Positions 59,458-64,000 of a DNA stretch of 64,000 nucleotides are shown one piece after another; positions within the stretch are counted from its first letter, which is position 1, and each line of letters begins with the position of its first letter. The position numbers were made by a program, and so were the translations under genes. The notes under the pieces are model-generated. The model had not been told where the DNA came from. It searched no databases and saw only the letters and a program-made list of their open reading frames with translations. The DNA is from an uncultured Actinomycetes bacterium (GTDB lineage Bacteria > Actinomycetota > Acidimicrobiia > Acidimicrobiales > CADCTF01), in NCBI GenBank assembly GCA_963731055.1, contig CAVSUD010000014.1:33575-97574 (forward strand), given 5' to 3'.

Positions 59458-62176
59458 GTGAGAAAGCTCCTTGCCGGCGTCATCGCCGCGCTCCTGATCG
59501 GTGCGGTCGTGCCGGCGATGGCGGCCACCCGTACCGGGTCCCCCTCGTCGGCCCCGTACGCCCCGACCGGCTCCTCAGCCGCGCCCACGAACACCTTCAG
59601 CGCCGGTCTGACCGATCTGCTGCGGACCACCCCCAAGACGGCGTCCCTCGGCGTCATCGTGCGGGGCGACTCCCTCGCAGCCGCCCGCGGCGCCGCCGAG
59701 GCCCACGGCCTGCAGGTCGCCATGACCTTCCCGCGCGTCAGCGCCGTCGTCGCCTCCGGGCCGGCCTCGGGTGTCGCCGCGCTGCGCCGGGCCAAGGGCG
59801 TCCGGTACGTCGAAGCCGACCGCCGGCTCGACTTCTTCGACGAGACCTCCAACCTCGCCACCCGAGGCCAGGAGGTCCTCGACGGCTTCACCGGCACCCG
59901 CACCGTCGAGACCACCACGCCCTGCCCGAGCCGTGCGAAGGAGAAGAAGAAGAAGAAGCCGTGCCCGCCGACCACGACGTCGGTGATGACGACGGCGGCC
60001 TCGGCGCCCGTCGACGGTTCCGGCGTGACCGTGGCCATCGTCGACAGCGGCATCGACGGCACGCACCCGATGTTCGCCGACGCCGACGGCACCAGCCGGG
60101 TCGTCCGCAACCTCCGCCTCGTCTGCACGCTGAACGTGGCCCCCGGCGCCTACGACTGCAACGGCCCCGCCGGTGACGCCAACGACGACGTCTTCGTCGA
60201 CCTCAGTGGCGCAGGCCCGGCCAACGACACCGACACCATCTCCGGCGGCGGCCACGGCACCCACGTGGCCGGCATCGCCGGCGGCGGCCAGGTGACGACC
60301 AGCGACGGCCGCGAGTTCCACGGCGCCGCCCCTGGCGTGAAGATCGTCGGCCTCTCGGTCGGCCAGGCCATCTCGGTGTCCGGCGCCGCCGCCGGCCTGA
60401 ACTGGGTGCTCGAGCACCACGCCCAGCCCTGCGGTCCCGACGTCCCCGCCGCCGATTGCCCGGCCATCAAGGTCGTCAACAACTCGTATGGCACGACGGG
60501 CGACTACGACCCGGAGAGCATCGACGCCCAGCTCGGTGAGGCCCTCGTCGCCGAGGGCGTCGTCATGGTGTGGGCCAACGGCAACGGCGACGAGCTCAAC
60601 GACGGCGGCACCGGGGCCGACAACCGGTCGAACCCGCCGGGCCAGAGCCCCGTCCCCGGCGTGATCAGCGTCGCCAACTACGACGACGGCGGCACCGGCA
60701 CCCGCGACGGCTCGCTCGACTCGAGCAGCTCGCGCGGCGAGGCCACCCGCCGTGAGACCTTCCCGGACCTGTCCGCTCCGGGGACCGACATCACGTCGGC
60801 CTGCAAGCCGACGCTCACGATCTGCCGCACGCTGCCCGGACCCGATCCCGACCCCTACTACGGCACCATCAGCGGCACCTCGATGGCCACCCCGCACGTC
60901 GTCGGCATCGTCGCCCAGCTCATCCAGGCCGGGCGCCAGGAGGGGGTCGAGCTCACGCCCGGCCAGATCGAGGACGTCCTCGAGGACACCGCCTACAAGT
61001 TCGCCTTCGGCGCCGCCTACCAGCCCGACCTGCCCGAGCGGAACGACGGCACGACCTCCTTCGACAAGGGCCACGGCCTCGTCGATGCCAAGGCCGCCGT
61101 CGCCCGCATCCGGAAGCTCACGTTGGCCGGCGAGGGCGGCCCGGCCGCGTCGCCGTGTGTCGGCGGCGTGATCGTGGTCGACCCCTCGGGTGACGGCACC
61201 GACCCGTCCGTGGACGTCACCGAGGTGACGATGGCGTGGGACGACACGGCCAAGGCGCTGACGACGACGATCCACGTCGCCGACCTCCAGGCCGCCTACC
61301 CGGCGACGTACAACGGCCAGGCCTTCTACGTCGACTTCGTGCGTGACGGCCACCCGTACTTCGTGTCGGGTGAACGTTCGATGTTCGAGGAGGCGGGTTC
61401 GTTCTCGCTCGGCCGCCCCGACCCCAACGCCAGCAACCTGCGCACCGCGCTGTCGTCGGCCGGCATGTCGGGCTCCTTCGACGACGCCGCCGACACGATC
61501 ACCATCGTGTTGAAGCAGGCGGCCATCGACGAGGCCAACGCGACGCTCGACCGGCGAGGGCACGACCCCGCTGCCGCCGCTGACCAGCTTCGTGTTCCCC
61601 GACCTGTCGGTGACGTCGAACCTCGAGCGGAACGCCCTCGTGGTGGCCTCGCTGCCGGCGGGCGACAAGGGCGGGAGCGGCTGCCAGTTCACGGTGGCCG
61701 GCACCTCCGGTGGGTCGACGCCGGCCCCCCCGCCCCCGCCGCCGCCCGTCGAGGCGCCGCCGGCCGCGCAGGGCACGGTTGCGCCCGGCCAGCCCTACAC
61801 GTGGGTGGGTGACCCCGCCTTCGGCGTCTCGGCCCCGCTCGTCACGGACTGCGACAACCGACTGGCCGACCCGTGCGAGGACCGCTACGTCACCGTCGCC
61901 GTCCCCGCCGGCGGCGCCGTGCTCACGGTGACGATCACGCCGGACAACCCGCTCGACGACTACGACCTCGCCGTCTACGACCCCTCGGGCCACGAGATCG
62001 GCACGTCAGGCGGCTCGCCGGTCGTCGGCGCCACCCCCGATCCGATCGGCGTCGATCCGACGTCGACCGAGACCGTCACCGTCGCGGTGACCACCCCGGG
62101 CCTCTACCGGTTCCGGATCGACCCCTACAACACGGTCGTCGGCGGCACCTACCGCGGGTCCGCCTCGCTGGGCTGA
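59458..62176 (+). pseudogene. secreted S8 subtilisin-like serine protease with C-terminal PPC-like domain, one frame break near 61553
   Basis: Signal peptide from the GTG at 59458 ('(M)RKLLAGVIAALLIGAVVPAMA'); the ORF opens at 59440. Catalytic triad: 'VAIVDSGID', 'GHGTHVAG' and 'GTSMATPHV'. After 'EANATLD' the sequence continues in the frame of ORF 61592..62176 ('TPLPPLTSFVFPDLSV..DDYDLAVYDPSG..'). Confidence 0.85.
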
Positions 62177-62194
62177 GCCCGGCTCGATCCGCAC

Positions 62195-62234
62195 GCGAAG
62201 GAGCCCCGGCCGCATCGGCCGGGGCTCCTTTCGC
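62195..62234. terminator. strong bidirectional intrinsic-terminator-like hairpin between S8 protease and ino1
   Basis: GCGAAGGAGCCCCGGCCG, loop CAT, CGGCCGGGGCTCCTTTCGC. This gives a ~15-bp perfect stem plus a 3-bp extension with one bulged T. The T-run lies at the 3' base on the + strand. Confidence 0.6.
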
Positions 62235-62255
62235 GTCCACGTCTCGCCGGGCGGG

Positions 62256-63329
62256 TCAGCCCTCGTTGGCGAACGTCTCGACCATCTCCCGGGCGACCTC
62301 GTCGCGGTACTGCACGGGCGGGGACTTCATGAAGTAGGCGGACGCACCCATGACCGGGCCGCCCAGGCCCCGGTCCTTGGCCACCTTGGCCAGGCGCAGG
62401 GCGTCGATGATCACGCCGGCGGAGTTGGGCGAGTCGTGGACCTCGAGCTTGAGCTCGACCATCAGCGGGACGTCACCGAAGTTGCGGCCCTCGAGGCGGA
62501 TGAAGGCCCACTTGCGATCCTCGAGCCACGGCACGTGATCGGAAGGGCCGATGTGCACGTCGCGGTCGGTGATGCCCTGGTCGATCTGCGAGGTGACCGA
62601 CTGGGTCTTCGAGATCTTCTTGGACTTCAGCCGCTTCCGCTCGAGCATGTTCATGAAGTCCATGTTCCCGCCGAAGTTCAGCTGGTACGTGTGGTCGATC
62701 GTCGTGCCCCGGTCCTCGAAGAGGCGGGCCAGCGTGCGGTGGACGATGGTGGCGCCGACCTGGCTCTTGATGTCGTCGCCGACGATCGGCACGCCGGCGT
62801 CGGTGAACTTCTGGGCCCACACCGGGTCCGAGGCGATGAACACCGGGATGGCGTTGACGAACGCCACGCCCGCATCGAGGCACGCCTGCGCGTAGTGCTT
62901 CTGGGCGTCCTCGGAACCGACCGGCAGGTAGGAGACGAGCACGTCGGCACCGGAGTCGCGCAGGGCCTGGGTCACGTCGACGGGCTCGAGCGGCGACTCC
63001 TCGGCCACCTGGCGGTAGAACTCGCCGAAGCCGTCGAAGGTCGGGGCGCGCTGCACGGTGACGCCCAGGTCGCTGACCTCGGCGAAGCGGATCGTGTTGT
63101 TGATGTCGGCGTAGATCGCCTTGCCGAGGTCGAGACCGACCTTGGTGGCGTCGACGTCGAAGGCGGCCACGAACTCGACGTCGCCCACGTGGTAGCCGCC
63201 GAGCACGACGTGCATGAGCCCGGGCACGCGTGCGGTCGGGTCGGCGTCCTTGTAGTACTCGACGCCCTGCACCAGCGAGCTGGCGCAGTTCCCGACGCCG
63301 GCGAGGGCGACCTTGATCTTCTTACTCAT
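62256..63329 (-). CDS. ino1: inositol-3-phosphate synthase
   Basis: Intact 357-aa ORF. '[31 protein letters not shown]' and '[11 protein letters not shown]' are typical of the actinobacterial/archaeal-type MIPS. It is paired with an upstream PadR gene, as in mycobacteria. Confidence 0.9.
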   Translation of the reverse strand: MSKKIKVALAGVGNCASSLVQGVEYYKDADPTARVPGLMHVVLGGYHVGDVEFVAAFDVDATKVGLDLGKAIYADINNTIRFAEVSDLGVTVQRAPTFDGFGEFYRQVAEESPLEPVDVTQALRDSGADVLVSYLPVGSEDAQKHYAQACLDAGVAFVNAIPVFIASDPVWAQKFTDAGVPIVGDDIKSQVGATIVHRTLARLFEDRGTTIDHTYQLNFGGNMDFMNMLERKRLKSKKISKTQSVTSQIDQGITDRDVHIGPSDHVPWLEDRKWAFIRLEGRNFGDVPLMVELKLEVHDSPNSAGVIIDALRLAKVAKDRGLGGPVMGASAYFMKSPPVQYRDEVAREMVETFANEG

Positions 63330-63915
63330 TGGGGGATCCCTTCTCTGCTGCGATCAGTGAGTCGAGCCACGAGATGTCGCGCTCGGTCGTTTCGTTGGTG
63401 TGCTCCAGGAGGGAGCGGCGGTAGCGGTCGAGGTTCGTCTTGCGGGGGCTGCGGGCGAGGCGCTCCGCGAGGTGGGCTCGGCGGCGCTCGAGGAGGCGCA
63501 GGCGGGCCTCGGTCGGGAGGAAGCGGGCGAAGGCCAGCTTCAGGGCGAAGGTGCGGTCGTCGTCGGCGGCGATGGCCTCGCCGGCGAGCAGCTCCTCGAA
63601 GAGCTGTTGGCCCCGGTCGGTCATGCCGTAGACCTTGCGACCCCGTCCGCCCGGGGCACTGGTGCCCCGGCGGGCCCGGAAGGCGGCCAGCTCCCCGCCG
63701 AGCGAGCCCGTCATCGGCATCGGGCGGGCCGGCGCCGAGACGTTGGCCTCGACCGCCTTCACGGCGCCACTCGCCTCGAGCCGGCGCAGGGCCGGATAGA
63801 GCGAGCCGAACGACGCCCCGGAGAACGGACCGAGGGTCTCGCCGAGGCGCTTCTTCAGCTCGTAGCCGTGGAGCTCCTGGTCCTGCAGCAGTCCGAGGAT
63901 GGCGAGTTCGAGCAT
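63322..63915 (-). CDS. PadR-family transcriptional regulator
   Basis: 197-aa ORF. The winged-helix N-terminus reads '[37 protein letters not shown]'. It overlaps the ino1 start by 8 nt. Confidence 0.85.
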   Translation of the reverse strand: MLELAILGLLQDQELHGYELKKRLGETLGPFSGASFGSLYPALRRLEASGAVKAVEANVSAPARPMPMTGSLGGELAAFRARRGTSAPGGRGRKVYGMTDRGQQLFEELLAGEAIAADDDRTFALKLAFARFLPTEARLRLLERRRAHLAERLARSPRKTNLDRYRRSLLEHTNETTERDISWLDSLIAAEKGSPNE

Positions 63916-63936
63916 GGCGTCCGGTTCGTTCGTGTC

Positions 63937-63965
63937 GTTCGATGTATCGGTTCGATATAACGATA
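63937..63965. promoter_or_regulatory. AT-rich repeat/palindrome upstream of padR (candidate operator/promoter)
   Basis: GTTCGAT at 63937-63943 and 63950-63956, and AACGATA at 63959-63965. The palindrome TATCG-GTT-CGATA lies at 63945-63957. Locally AT-rich, and close to the window edge. Confidence 0.3.
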
Positions 63966-64000
63966 GAGGACTCGGGCGTATTCCGCACGCGCCGGTACCC

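Noticed and set aside
55794-60128. 1444-aa ORF on the - strand, the longest in the track
   Set aside because: Only its last ~246 codons (55794-56534) look like a real protein, the SAM methyltransferase. The rest is Arg/Gly/Ala-rich and lies antisense to well-supported + strand genes (EEP, metzincin, S8). Stop-free shadow frames of this kind are typical of very GC-rich DNA.

Overview
This window is the chromosomal replication-origin neighbourhood of a very GC-rich actinobacterium. Gene order closely follows the Mycobacterium-type core; the organism cannot be named from sequence alone.

Left arm: tRNA-Leu, fhaA, fhaB, pstP, rodA, pbpA and pknB on the + strand, then trpG, a DUF881 gene, crgA and tRNA-Ala.

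An ~11-kb lineage-specific block (11.9-23.1 kb) follows, holding metabolic, regulatory and membrane genes: an NMNAT-like gene, a degenerate GGDEF protein, whiB, EamA, fadD, a peroxiredoxin, a thioesterase, a GAF histidine kinase, a thiolase, a saccharopine-dehydrogenase-like gene and DUF1622.

The core continues on the - strand with tRNA-Ile, DUF3566, an M15 peptidase, gyrA, gyrB, a DUF721/DciA-like gene, recF, dnaN and dnaA. It then runs on the + strand through rpmH, rnpA, yidD, yidC, jag, rsmG, a parS cluster, parA and parB.

Next, on the - strand, come a cwlM-like gene, trxA, trxB, a ZAS anti-sigma/ECF sigma pair, a Ser/Thr kinase, degV, murJ, a DUF6049-like gene and a GNAT. After these come pilT, a CCA-adding enzyme and a patatin. 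A small accessory block holds a methyltransferase, an EEP nuclease/phosphatase, a metzincin carrying six propeller-like repeats, and an S8 subtilase. The window ends with ino1 and padR.

I found no rRNA, CRISPR array, transposase, integrase or recognisable defence system, and I cannot honestly nominate a complete novel multi-gene system.

Observations most worth a second look:
1. A ~28-39-nt composite motif (CGTCCmCA, then a DnaA box, then GGGGAv) occurs four times: once on each side of dnaA, and twice far from dnaA (21.1 kb and 39.97 kb).
2. Two consensus parS sites and one degenerate site lie in an unusually long rsmG-parA gap. ParA may have a long N-terminal extension hidden by a C8 run.
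3. +/-1 frame breaks are strongly clustered in otherwise conserved, often essential genes (rodA, recF, parA, parB, cwlM, trxA, trxB, fadD, thiolase, pilT and others). Neighbouring long genes are intact. This looks like regional sequence-quality trouble but cannot be proven from the sequence.
4. An 11-bp C6/G6 hairpin buries the SD and start codon of a small CCHC membrane ORF.
5. Two secreted proteases share a shuffled PPC-like module, and one of them carries an uncharacterised six-fold ~41-aa repeat.

All family calls are by eye from motifs and synteny. No database search was run.
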